Positions 26,301 to 39,261 of a stretch of 64,000 bases of DNA are shown here, piece after piece. The notes beneath the pieces were generated by a model, which was given only the letters and a program-made list of their open reading frames with translations, was not told the DNA's origin and did no database searches. The stretch covers positions 5,270,001 through 5,334,000 of the forward strand of contig CM119383.1 in the NCBI GenBank assembly GCA_051294905.1. Direction: 5' to 3'. Position 1 is the stretch's first letter; every line of letters starts with the position of its first letter. Source of the DNA: Botryllus schlosseri. Lineage: Eukaryota. The translations under genes were made by a program, and so were the position numbers.

Positions 26301-29300
26301 GAAACAGGGGCGGTAAAACGTGAGGAGCACATGTAGGAGAATATCGAATTCCCTAAAATCTTCTTTTATACTGACTCAATATTGTTTCGATAGCAAGAAT
26401 TCGCTCAACCAAGTATTCAGGTAACAGTGGTTGATGGTCAAAGTAAATGGGCTTCTGAAATCCTACTAATCCCTTCGTGCCGAACGGGGTGAGACATTAT
26501 AACTACGACAAAGCCATAGAGCGCTATTGATGACCATATTTGCGCGAAATATATCGACATGATACAAAAACGACATTGCAGGTACGTGATGTAGACGTGT
26601 GAACGATCACGAAATCTACCCGGTTCGTATAATCGATACATCAAATACAGTGTGGAGATTATCACCACATTGTCTTTGATATATGTGGAGATTTTCACCA
26701 CATTACCGAATTTTTCCGCCCATAGAAATGACTTTCTAAAATATTATATCCGAATATAATATAGTTCATGGAACTGTAATGCCATTTTTCAATGCCATTT
26801 CACATTGTTGTAACTTCGATTGTCAATTGGTCGTTTACACCATATAGCCCCATGTGTTACTACCAAATTTCTGTGCTGTCGACTTATGGTATTGTAGGGC
26901 ACAACAAGCGTCTTAGGTGAAGGGACACGAGACAAGACTCAACCCCAAAGCAGTCCATCCGCGACAAATTAGCTAGCCACTGCGCGACTAGCTTCACCAA
27001 TCGGTGGTGTCATCTTTTGTGATAGGATGGAGCTTCCCGTAATCGTCATGGGGCACATATCATGAAAATTTATAGACTGTTGGAACATGAGTTTCCATGA
27101 GAAATGAGTTTGGAGAAAACTACCGCGGATAGATACTGTTAAAATTTGATATCACGATTCAGACGGATTTTTTATATTTCGCTAGATTATTGGGCTCAAA
27201 TATCATACGCTATAGTCTTGTGGCGCACGGTTGTATCAGGTGTCATGAATATGACGTATTCCACCAGCAACCTCCTAGCATTATACCACACATGTAATAC
27301 CAATTGTGAAATACTACCTCATACCACTGAAGGTCGTGAGGGAGACGTTTTTAACTGCTTATTTCTATCTGTTGAGAAGGTGGATGTACTGTACACGTTC
27401 AGCACACGGATACTGTACATTGTGTACAATTGTACGTACATGTTCAATGATCGCAACGATCAATCTGATTTCTCCAGTTGGACTTCACGAAAACACTATT
27501 GAAACGTGTATTTGCTACAATGTACTCAACTCATCGATATAATGAACCAGAGCCTTTATCAGCTTCAATTGCTGAGTAAGCAGATAAAGGGCGGGTTCGT
27601 TCTATTTGCTATTTCGCCACGGAGAGAAGAACAGTTTGAAGCCCCTTTAGAATAGTGAGGTGAAGCTGAAGCGGCCTTGATGACACCATCTTCTACACTT
27701 TAGATTTGTACAGTAAACATGGTTTGTCGGATGGTTATATAAGACACCTTCCGCCTATAGGATGATGACCAGGTGTGTCAACGTTGTCATCAAAATTCAA
27801 TAAAGAATAGTTAATTTACTCGAATGCTGTAAGATCGAATGTTGTCATTTGCGGTGATATATTGGTATTTTAAATTATGCACTCAATAATCCACCATCAA
27901 AGTCAACATGCATCCTCATTTATGATATGCGCTTATCACATGTGCATGTATTGAAGGGTATTGATTTGAATACCCATAATCCCGAATTTAGCAGAAAGTA
28001 TTGTGGCAATCTCGGCATCGTAGATGCAATCGGAAACGGTTGACACGGTGCGTTAATGCTAAATATAATACCGAAGCACACTTTTTCCTGACTATATATA
28101 AGTTCTGTAATTTTATCTGATGATAAGTAATGTGAGTATCAGATGTCTATTGCACAATTTTCCTGGCATTGACAATGACATAATGCCTTACAATCAGACC
28201 AACCGGGTGATATTGAATTTAGTATATCTACTATATTATTAAGTATGTGCTTTCGAATATTCAACACTAATACATTACCCGTCTACAGTACATGTTGGTG
28301 AATCCCAGCGCAAAAACAATCAGCGATAGGCCGATAGGGAATTCACGATAGAAGTTTGCCTTGTTATCACGCGTTGGGTGTTGCCTGTAGGACAAGTGCG
28401 CAATGAGCGCGGGAGTCAGAAATAAGCTTGGTAATGCAAATTAGTATTTAACAGCGAATTGATATTGGCGTTCAATCGTAACTCCACCATCGCCCCATAG
28501 TGACTGAAATCGTAAATTTGGAAAATGCCAGATTTGGTGAAGGCTAGCCTAGAACAATCTCCATTGCTTTTGCCATGACCTGACCAACGGTAACAAAGGC
28601 TAGATATGGGTGAAACTGATCCTTGGGTTAAGTTATGCAAGCCACGTGTAGTGCGATGATGACCGATCAAAATGGCTGACACCATTTCACTCTTAGATTT
28701 GCTGACGCAATAGGCAATTGGATTATCATAGGGGACAGAATTGCTTACACGACTTCAAAGAATAATGATACCGTTGAGCGTTGACGTAGTTTCTAACATC
28801 TCCTGCACAAGTAGAGTTACAACTGCTCGCTAAAACCAGCTGGGATCTTAAGATTAATTTCCGTAATCGGATTTGGGCTGTGAGTATGAATGCTACGTTG
28901 ACGTAACGAATGTAAAGGCTATATGGCGGGGTAGCCAACAAGCTCTAGAAAGAAGAATGTCGTGCGCTCGGTATTCGCAGCCCTCAGAGACAGGGATATC
29001 CGCAACAGATACCAATTTTAAACAAGAATCGGGAAATGTGAAAGATTAGTAGCAAAGGGAAATCAATACCCGAAACTCAAACTGCGCCGAATGGATTTAG
29101 ATGAGATGCATAGTTCTGTAACATATGTCTTGCGATGAACCATCAAGTCTTGCGCATTTAAGGGTGGCCTCTATCAAACCAAGAAATTATGCAATGCTGG
29201 ATTCTGGTGCTGGGCAAACACTAAACATGTATGTAATGTACAGGTCGTATGTATAACTAAAGGCGGACTTTCAATATGCAGATGAACCCGAACCTTAAGT

Positions 29301-30245
29301 CGTATGCCACTAAATGGTGTGAACAATTGAACACCGCACACTGCAAAGCTACACAATGTGCACATGCACATTGCACATGCACAATGCATAATTGAACATG
29401 CGAAATTTGCACATTTACCGATCAACATGTTGTTCATCGGTGATTAATGGAACGTTTACCTGAGAAGGACTGATTGCGCCAAATTAGTCAAAAGGTGGTA
29501 AAAAGTATTGTCCTTGAGATATCCAGTTCTGATTGGCAAATTCATACTGATTGATACATAGCGCACTCTGGTCCTGTGAACGTTCCATTAGTTATCGTAT
29601 ACGACTTGATTCGTTACCAGCGCTGCGATTAAATTAGCTTAACTGTCGCTCGCTATGTGAGTCACGGGCAATGTCATATTAGTATAGTATTTCATCAGCA
29701 CCGTAGCCTTTCCACAGGCGACCGTTGTTCAGGTTTCAGTATTTATCAACTTACTATTGGACCCACGTCGACCGTACTGTGGCCATCAAGGTATATGTTG
29801 TGTGTAAGCAAACCGTATTCTAAGCAAGCTGCATGCTGAAGAACGCAGTCATTCTGATGAGCTGGACACAGTCATTGCACTACCGGTACACACACTAGAC
29901 TTCTGCTACGCCGATCTGCGGTAAGACAGTCGTACATTGCTACAAGGTCGTCGATATAGTCGCGTTCGTTACCGGACTTCTGCGATCTTCTTGCAGTTTG
30001 GCTTGTTTTCGTGTGTAGTGTGCGCGGAATTTCAAATTTGAATTAATCTTGGCACTCACTTTTGTTTGTTGCTCAATGTTCAGTGCTACACCGTTATTGC
30101 AGAAGCGAGATTCTGATCAAGTAACATAGGGATTTGGTAACATCGCCTTGAGCCCCATATACCACGAAGTTACTAGACTTTCCGTGCTCGAATCGCCATT
30201 AATCTCCTGGAAAAGATATCACAGTAGGTATAGTAGGTACTAATG

Positions 30246-31174
30246 CGGGGGTCGCCAACTCAAAACGGGTCGCGCGCCACTTTTCAAATTTCGTAGCGGC
30301 CGCGGGCCGCATGAATTCAATATCGCTATCAAACGGGCAACCACGTTTTAAAAATCAGTCAGTACAACGCTGTGCTACCTAGCATAGGCGATTGGCATAG
30401 TGACCACTCATGCAGTAATACTTCATTAGGGGAATACAAATACAATATAAAATCATTGCCATAAATATTATTTTATTTTGGACTCTGCGTTGTGCAGTGT
30501 GCACGATACCTGAAAACGCTTTTCAGCAACTGAGGAATCGATATTGTGGCTAGCGAGATACGTTCGTTATATGCTGAAAGGCCCTCTCCACGTAAAGCTT
30601 GATCTTGTGAGGAAGCCCTAAGCCGGTGGTTCTCAAACTTTTTTGGACACGGTCCCCTTTATGATACTGAAAAATTTCGCGCCTCCCTTATCGTCATATC
30701 AGAAAATGCAACTAGAATACCAGCAATCCCAACGGATAGTTAGATGGCATGGAAGGTTATGACTGTTGATGAGAGAATTCTATAATATGAATTCCGGATT
30801 ACACACCAAGCAATAACTATGAACTAGAGGTAAATCGCGCGGAGCGCGAAAAAAATCAGTTGACCGCAGCTCCACGCCCTCTTCAGATGCTTACCCCAGT
30901 TTGGGAACCACTACCCTAGGCCGTTTTCCAAGCGTCTCGGTTTTGCCAATCTTTGGGTTAATGCCCGTCAAGACAATATGGCCATTCATATCAGCTGATT
31001 CTCTCTCGATATAATGCTGTTGCCAAAGACTACAACAATATGTTGAAACTGTAGTCAATTTTAGTTTTTCAAATGGTTTTAGCTTTCTTCCGAAATCTCA
31101 AATCAAGTCGCGGGCTGCAAAATATGATCTCACGGGCCGCAGGCGGCCCGCGGGCCGCGTGTTGTTGACCCCTG
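30246..31174. mobile_element. hAT/Charlie-type non-autonomous element containing a nested MITE
   Basis: Ends CGGGGGTCGCCAAC...GTTGTTGACCCCTG. 8-bp TSD TACTAATG at 30238-30245 and 31175-31182. GCGGGCCGC subterminal motifs at both ends. Confidence 0.85.
30624..30913 (+). mobile_element. hAT/Charlie-type MITE nested in 30246-31174
   Basis: Ends CGGTGGTTCTCAAAC...GTTTGGGAACCACTA. Flanks CCCTAAGC and CCCTAGGC (7/8 match). Homologous to 14888-15201. Confidence 0.8.
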
Positions 31175-32164
31175 TACTAATGCGATATATATGTGACATA
31201 TTGCGATTCATCCTGGACTTCTGAATTTTGACATGAAAATTTTCCGCCAGCAGGTCGTAAATAATAGACTTATTTTCGAATTCCACTGTATGACATCACG
31301 GATTCGGTGTTTTGGTACCGAAAGATCAAGTAACCCATGTGTCATAGACAGCCAGACGGTGGTGTCAAAATCGATTATTAAATTATCATAATTTCAGTGC
31401 ATGCAATTAACGCGGTTATATTCTTGCTGTTTTCTCGGTTAGATATTCAGCTTTGATGTTTTGTTCGGGTCAATGGGTTGCGTCATAGTTTTTATATATA
31501 GGTACTCGCAATTGCCCCAAAGGTCATGTCATCTGATCTTGTTCCTCGATACAGCTCCAAAATTGTCGCTAGTTCTTCGGTAACATTTGTGATCTCGGAT
31601 GGCATTCGACGCTTGTGTCATGTTTCATCAACCTTGGATCATGTGATAGCTGTCAAAATCGCTCTATAAACAATGCGACTATTGTATCCTTGATCTAAAC
31701 ACGAATAAAAAGCTTTGATCTTCATTCAGACGTGCCTGGTATATTTTATCCCGTTTAGATTGTCTTCAGCAGGACGGCATTAGACTCCTTCATATCTTAT
31801 TAGCACATCTTACCTAACATATAAAAAGCATATACAATTGCAGGGGTTACGTCACCAGTCTGCTGTGACTGCTGTATCTTGCAACGGTCTTGTGCCGTGT
31901 TTGCTTCAATAGATCATCGACTCACACAATCGCAACAGTAATTATTCATACATACATCAATTTTGAAATAAATATAAATATGTTCACGCACATACCTGCA
32001 TTCTACTCAATGTTCCTTCAACTATGGGTTTTGTGCACTTTGAAGCACATTTGTGACCCAGCAATGGTGTCATAATATTACGAAATTTGTTCAAAATACG
32101 GCCATCACGACCATGGATATTGGATATGCTAGCAAGCTAGCATTTCGAAGTTGTTACACCAGTG

Positions 32165-33885
32165 CAGTGCTTTTCAACCTGTGTGACGGTTCGCACTGGT
32201 GCGAATGAAAAAAATTGCAGTGCGAATGACGAAGGTGGTGCGAATGGTGCGAATGAAAAATCCGGATGAGTGCGAATGAAAATCGTGAATAATTGTTCAT
32301 TTTTCTGATGTGGAATAATTAAAATAAACCTAATAGAAAATGCCAGGGTCGTGTTACTGTTGTAGTTGAGACGCAATTGTAGAAAAATGTTTAATTTGAC
32401 GCACCACTAATCGTAGCCCTCGCAAGCCGTAATGAATTATAGCTTTAGCATTATAATTATTACGTAATCAAAAGCCTGGTTAAGAAGCTGGTGTAGTCGC
32501 AGACATGCAGTTATATTTGTTGAATTTATTGCAAAGATCCTGCCATAGTTTTTACATATCCAAGGGCACTGTGTTGGGTACTGTAGTCAATAAGCGAGAC
32601 ACGCAGAAAATATGGCTTGACCATAAGAATCAGCGGACCTTTGGTTTGAATTCATGATAAGATTTGTCCGATTTTTTTTTCTTCTGGAAAACATGGACGA
32701 AGACCGTTGGGATGAACTAGTGTAGGGGTGTGCAACAAGCGAGTTCAGGCCTATGAGATTCATTCATTTTGAAGGCAACACCTTCTTCGTCGGATCACAT
32801 GAACACGTGAAGTTTCGGCCAACATACCGCTGATGAAATGTGGAGCCGCTGATAAAAGACGGTGCCAAAAACATCAGCGGCGACGAAACCTTGGCCAAAA
32901 ATCACCGTCGCTTAAAGGCCAAACCTTTCGCTATGAATATGCTCCGTTGTCGGCACGGAATAGTCCCGTTCTTGCAATCTGAGTAGACAGTAGTAGGCTA
33001 CAAATGCGACACGCAGAGAAATTTACTTCACCCTGATTTGAAATCGCGTACGTCAGACATATTTTAGAGGTGTGTTTGGTAGAATTGTGGTGTGCGCGTT
33101 CTGTATGTCATACGTGCTCGTAAAATCGAAGCATACTACTGTAATACTAAAAATTAATTTCTTTTCGTAGGTGAGGCTCGGGTTGCGAGATGCCACAAAA
33201 ATGGTGGAAGTCTAAAAATCTACTTTAAGGTTATTAAACTGCTATGTATATTCAAGTAAGATTGAACTAAAGAGTCGATCAAACAGTATCGCGACTTTGT
33301 TTGATCTTCTCATATACTCGTGAGACAGAAAATGGGATATCGAAAAAATAACATAACTCATGATGAAGCAACGTTTCATAAGGTAGCGAGCTCTATTATG
33401 CCTACTCTCCTTGACAGTATTGGAGCTTATTTTCCAAGACAGCAGGCACAAGCCTCAACCCAATCATGTGGATTTTTCACCTTTTCGACAAACTGGAGCC
33501 CCCGGGATCGTTGTGTCATCTCTCAAAACGATTTCTGCCAGCAAGCGTTTTTCATTCGCGGAAAACACGCTGTATTTTGGATAGGAGTGCAGAACAGCTC
33601 TTACGACCTGGCCATCTAAGCACTATGGTCGGCGTTATTGTACAAAATCTGCCGAGAAGCGTTTTAGTGAAATAGTTGAAATCAAAACGAGGGAAAAGAG
33701 TTTCCTTTTTAATGAGACATTTCATGGCGTAGCAGCTATGGTAGGCAATTTGTTACACATATGAATAGAATATTCTGATGTATCTTCTTCTTGTTGTTGT
33801 ATAGCCATTTTCGGTAGGCGTGTGCGAATGAAATTTATTTTCCAAAAAAAGTGCGAATGAAGCTCAAAAAGGTTGAAAAGCACTG
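32165..33885 (+). mobile_element. 1.7-kb internally deleted hAT (Buster/Charlie-like) transposon with a transposase remnant
   Basis: 16-bp TIRs CAGTGCTTTTCAACCT. 8-bp TSD CACCAGTG at 32157-32164 and 33886-33893. GTGCGAATG subterminal repeats. About 33570-33695 reads FWIGVQNSSYDLAI*ALWSALLYKICREAF/SEIVEIKTR, like the Charlie C-terminus FW...YP.LA..AL..L..F.TTYLCE.GFS.L..IKTK.R. Confidence 0.88.
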
Positions 33886-36800
33886 CACCAGTGTATAGGA
33901 TGGTCGAGTAACATGTTGTATTCTTAAAATTCTTACACTATACTATACATTATACAGCCTTGTGTTGGCTATCAAATTCTACCCCTGCAAGTTATGCTAG
34001 GCTAAATAATTGGTATCCTATTATGTATGCAATATCCCTGGCTTATTATGTTTTCAAAACAATCCTAATATTCACAAATAAAATGCCTGTATAAGATATC
34101 TTCTCGCGCCGACTTCCTTGTTGTGGAATATATAGTTGTTTACATCGTGTTCGAGATATGTTATTTGATTGAAGGGCGTCGATCTTGTTTACGGAATGCG
34201 CTTACATATGTTTCAGTCATGATCAGCGATTCTTAATTTGGACGATAAGGCATTATCTGAATTAACCGAAATAGTCAACGCCTGTCGCTCCGGCAACGTG
34301 CGTTGAGTCAAGGCCCTATATTCAACGACTCGACAGTGCATATGCCATGGGCTCCGATGAGGAAAGCATCCCATCTTTATCAGATGAGCTGTTTCTGAAA
34401 TCACACTGTAAATGTAAATGCAGTGTTGGACTGCGCGTTGAGCGATTAGGATAATATTCCAAATATGTTTTTCTATTCGAAAAATATTTTAAGTGAATAG
34501 AAATCTTAGAGCGTATCTTTCGAAACGTGCAGATATTATAAATAATAGCAGTATATCTTATTTTGGTGACATCCCCAAACCTGATGCAAAGAAAATTGGC
34601 CACTGTAACGTGACTATACTGACTACCGACTACCGTACCAGACGCGGATTGCGATATCCATCGGAGTCGTGCGGTCGTGACACTTGCTGTGGTAATAATG
34701 AATATAATTGAACTTTGATCTGCAGAGTATGCATTAGCACTACATGTTGTCTTGGGTAATAATATGGAATTCGACGTGAATATCGATAAAGATGATGACA
34801 TCACAGTTGCGACACCAGACACTACAAACTAAACCTTAACAACAAGAGCCTCTAACTTCCGTCGAACTTATTGTCTGCTGATTATGACTGTTCACGAGGT
34901 TGCCATGGACTCATGGGTATGTCATTCGATTTGATTCCTTTCTATCACAGATACTTTGACGATGTTTTCAATACAATTTGTTGAAGCATTGTCTATGAAA
35001 TTACATTATAGGTATATGCAGGCGATTGACGAAGACATAGGCAGAATGCTATTTTATATTATGTGCAATTTATGCATATATGAAATGTTCATTTTAACAG
35101 GTCCGTCTGCGTATGATCTGGATTGAATATGTGGCATGAGCATATCGATGGTCTTTAATCTTGATTTATCCGGGCTAAGTGCCGGTTGTATAGATTCTAC
35201 CTTCAAGAAATAATTATGCGACTTCGAGCTATGATGCCTGATGATCTGAAGGATATAAACCCGACATCAGACATTTCTGTTTCATCTTTCTCTCTGTTAC
35301 GAAGAAAAACGGTATTTTGCTCGGGCATCTTACCTTAGTTTGCGAGCTTGCAACAATATTTAGAAGAGCTATTGACATTCTTTTCATCATGTACGTCAAA
35401 GCTTTGCGTGGCTCCTTGCGTTTTAAGGTGCCGTAACTTGGAACTTTAGACATACTTCGGATTTGTCAAGCAGTTGCCATTCTGAAAACATGTGAATCTC
35501 CTATGTAATTCGCGTCATCGAATACGTAAGAAAGCGAGTTACAAGTTGGATCGAATTCCGTTTCCATTGTTTTAGGCCACACTTTGAAATGTAGGCTACC
35601 TTTCGTCACTCGTTAAGTGCAACGAGAGATAATCTTTCGCACAAGAATGGGGAGGTTTTCACTATAAATCTAATCTTGAATAAGGTGCGTGTTATTGCAC
35701 TTCATTTCCCTGCGATGCTACACTTGTTGTGACATAGCTTTAACATTAGTATATACAGATCACATATAGAGCAATATTTCACGCACGGTTTCGAAAACAG
35801 TAGCGACACGCTGACTGTTTAGTCGTGGCCGGTCATGCTACAAATTGCGATTTCACGTTAGGTATACTGGTGCTCTGAAAATATTTATCGTCCTGGGTGT
35901 GTGCTTTGTCGTGCGCATGCGCATATATAGAAAGCAATGGCACAGAGTTCATGCTTACTGACCGATCATGTGTTGAAAACAATCTAGAACAGCTTGTGGG
36001 CAACAAACAAATTTCAAAAGTAACGCAAAATGTGTCCAACTCAAAATCAAATATATTCGTGGTTCGATTTAGTGAGAAATTCGCTGTTGCCTTTATGATA
36101 TTACATGTGTTTTTCATTATTCAGAAATTTCTGAAAGGCTGTGGTCCTGTTAAAAACCACTAGCTTTCTTCAAAAGAACTGCGTATTTTCTGTTTGCTAG
36201 CCTCTATTTGTCTATTATATTTCCAAACTTCGCTAAATTTCACTATCGAAATTCAACGAATTTTGCTGGAAAGAGTCTTTTTAGCTTTCACATATAACTG
36301 ACTCTTAGATTAGTTGTGGGGTGTCTTTAAATAGTGTGGTAAAACACTTGAAGCATCGTGACGTATACGAAAATTTGGAAGTAAACCGTATATTACGACA
36401 CCATGCAGAAAATGCGTTACAAATTTCTAAATCAATTTAAGATTCGGTATTCCATTTCTCTAATGAATGAACAAGCGTCCAACTTCTTGTATTTTGCAAT
36501 TGAGACATGAAACTTTAGTATATTTGGCGGTCCGGCAGGAAAGTTGCCACGGACAGACGTCTGAGAAACACTGATCTAGAAGATTGCATCGATTCGTTTC
36601 CCATCTCTACACTTGTAAGCTCATTTTAACTTTAGTCAGTGTCATTTCAATGTTTTGTGGCGATTTCGTGACGCATTTCCAACACGTAATAGCGATTTCG
36701 TCGGATCATTGCCCCTCTTGACCCTGGCGCTCAACTACAAAACACACCGACCTTCATCTCTGTGTAAACCTCTAGCGACAACCTTCACCGGACTAAACTT

Positions 36801-39261
36801 CTGAAAAGTAAGTAGCTCACTTCCAAGCATACGACAGGCTATTCCATGTCGAAATACGTCAATTTCGTGTTTCTCCAAACCTTTAACACGGACTATGCCA
36901 TGGACTAAGTATCCAATATAGAAGACAGACAATTTTTGGATTTTATTTGAGGAAAATGACGAAGTAAAAATGTCTCATGGAAACGAGAATCGTAAAACAT
37001 AAATATGGAATTCAAAAGATATTTGAAACACCTGTTTCTAAATGATAAAGTTTGAAAGGTGGCTTTTATCGGATGAGAATGTGAGCATTTTATGAGTTGC
37101 GATGTAACATCGCCAAAATATTTTTGTCACCTCTAGCAAGTTGTCAGCTCGTTAACACTAACAACTCAACAGATCAAATACTTGCGACATACTTCAAACC
37201 GCACGCAGCAATTTGTTTAGTTTCGGCGGACTACACTTCTGAGTAACTTCGTAATCAGATCTAGTTCATGACGTAGCACCAATAATGGGGTGAAATGCTC
37301 AATTTCCAGTCAAATTGGTGACGGTCTTAATACCCCGACCCTATATATTGTACCATCAGTCACCGAATGAGGAATGTAAATAATTTGACTTCTGCGAATA
37401 CATGTTGGAAAAGTGAGTAAAATTATCGTGGACCCTCTTCAGATCTGCGTCGATTTATCAGGATGTACACTGTACAGCAATAGGAAAATTTCACGGGTGA
37501 TCTGTATCTACGCGAAAAAACAGGCGAACAAAGCGAAAATTATGTCACAGTGATGAACGATTCTAGAACTAAGATGTGTTCTCGCGTGAGGAAGTACTCT
37601 TGTTATCTTTTTAATGAAATTCGCGATGACGATATCGGTGAAGAGTTGCGTTGCGGAGATGTGAGTGGTTCAAAACCTGAAAACATATCAATTTTAAGTG
37701 AAACAATTCGCAAGCATCAGACTCACGCACACGCACAACGTAAATCGACTTGTATTTGAAACTCGTGACACCGTTAGTGTGCAGTTGGATTTCGCCGTCA
37801 CGAAACATGCATTTGCGACAACGCTTCAAAACCTCGTTAATCTATAGTTTGACACGATTTCTCCCGCGGCCCACGGCGCGCACGTGACACCTGACAATTC
37901 CATACGTTACATTGACTAGAGATGTAATCGCCAATGGCTGTATATAGTGCATATGTAACCAATACTTGGAGAAGTTCGATTCACAGACACGATGAGTTGC
38001 ACATGTCTCCGAGAAAAAACGTGGTCCTATTTAACTTACATAATCGGTGATGTAACCTTACACTACGCCGGTGCGTGTTTTTGACATTAGGGTTTCTGTA
38101 ATTTCAACTCAGGCACCATCTTGTGCTCGAAGAATTTGATGGTTCCATCATGTATGCAAAACATATGGGGCTGGCAATGAAGAATGGAGCTATTGCAAAT
38201 TAGAATAACAGTAATGCTTTGTCTAACGTACAAAGGCACATAAACTATTTTCCCGTGATAGATGTACGGGTTTATGTGATGCGGATCAATTTTTATCACG
38301 TTAGGGCGGCCATTAGAACTGCGAGGAAGACAATTTAGCCATTATCACATTAATGGTCTCGCGGGTCTCGGATGTGATATTATCGGCTCTAATACGAAGA
38401 TTATTTTGATTTCGAAAGGATTTTGGTGCGTATTGTGAATGTTATGCTCACGCAAATAACAGCTACAACCTATGCTGCTAGCGCGATGTGTACGGTAGCT
38501 TTCAATTGTACATTATCGTTGTTGCAAATGCTGTATGGTCATTGCTCATTCGTCACTATATGGTACAAAACACATCAATTTAATGTTATTCAGCTAGTGA
38601 CACAAAATCTTTCGGCGGCTAATTCGTAGTTGAGAAAAATCAATACGATATATATAAAAATAGGGCTTCACGGTTCCATCGTGTCGTTACGTTCATGAAA
38701 ACCGCGGCTATGTTTAATTCTACAATTTTGCAAGTAGTCTTGGGACAAAATGCAACAAGTTTATCGTCGCTGTGGAGTCAGAGTAGCTTATGCCCATTTT
38801 ACACATTGTGAGAAAATTAACTTTATGTAAAGTTTTCATTTTCTTTCGGCATTATCTCGGCCATGGTTAACTTCGAAACAATTTGATAAACCCTTCTGTT
38901 TGACAACAAATCAAACTTTTACAAAAACTTGATTTTCTATCAGCTTGAAAACTGGATCTGACGATGTGAAAAACTGGGCATAAGCTGCTTTGATTCCACC
39001 GCGACGTTATGACTCAAGCAATTCAAACATACGCAACCTACCATCAATAGTATCCACCCTTTACATATGGGATGATTACTATTCTTGCACGGCTCCCGTA
39101 TCAGTGAATTCATAATGATGATGATGGATGATTGCGGACTCGAAAAAGAGATGATGTCGTATGCATTCCCCTTACGAAATGTCACAATACTCCATATCCC
39201 GAATGGTATTTGTCACCGCTCAGCGCGGAGATCTGATCAGTTTTTGAGGTTGAGGTTGACG

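Noticed and set aside
34322-34822. 166-aa Ser/Thr-rich minus-strand ORF
   Set aside because: Low-information composition typical of an antisense frame of decayed sequence; no domain recognised.
23000-39200. Search for a fifth Wnt copy or orphan Wnt exons between B and C (and between C and D)
   Set aside because: No RWNC, NNEAGR, CxCHG or WCC motifs seen in any frame of the ORF track or by eye.
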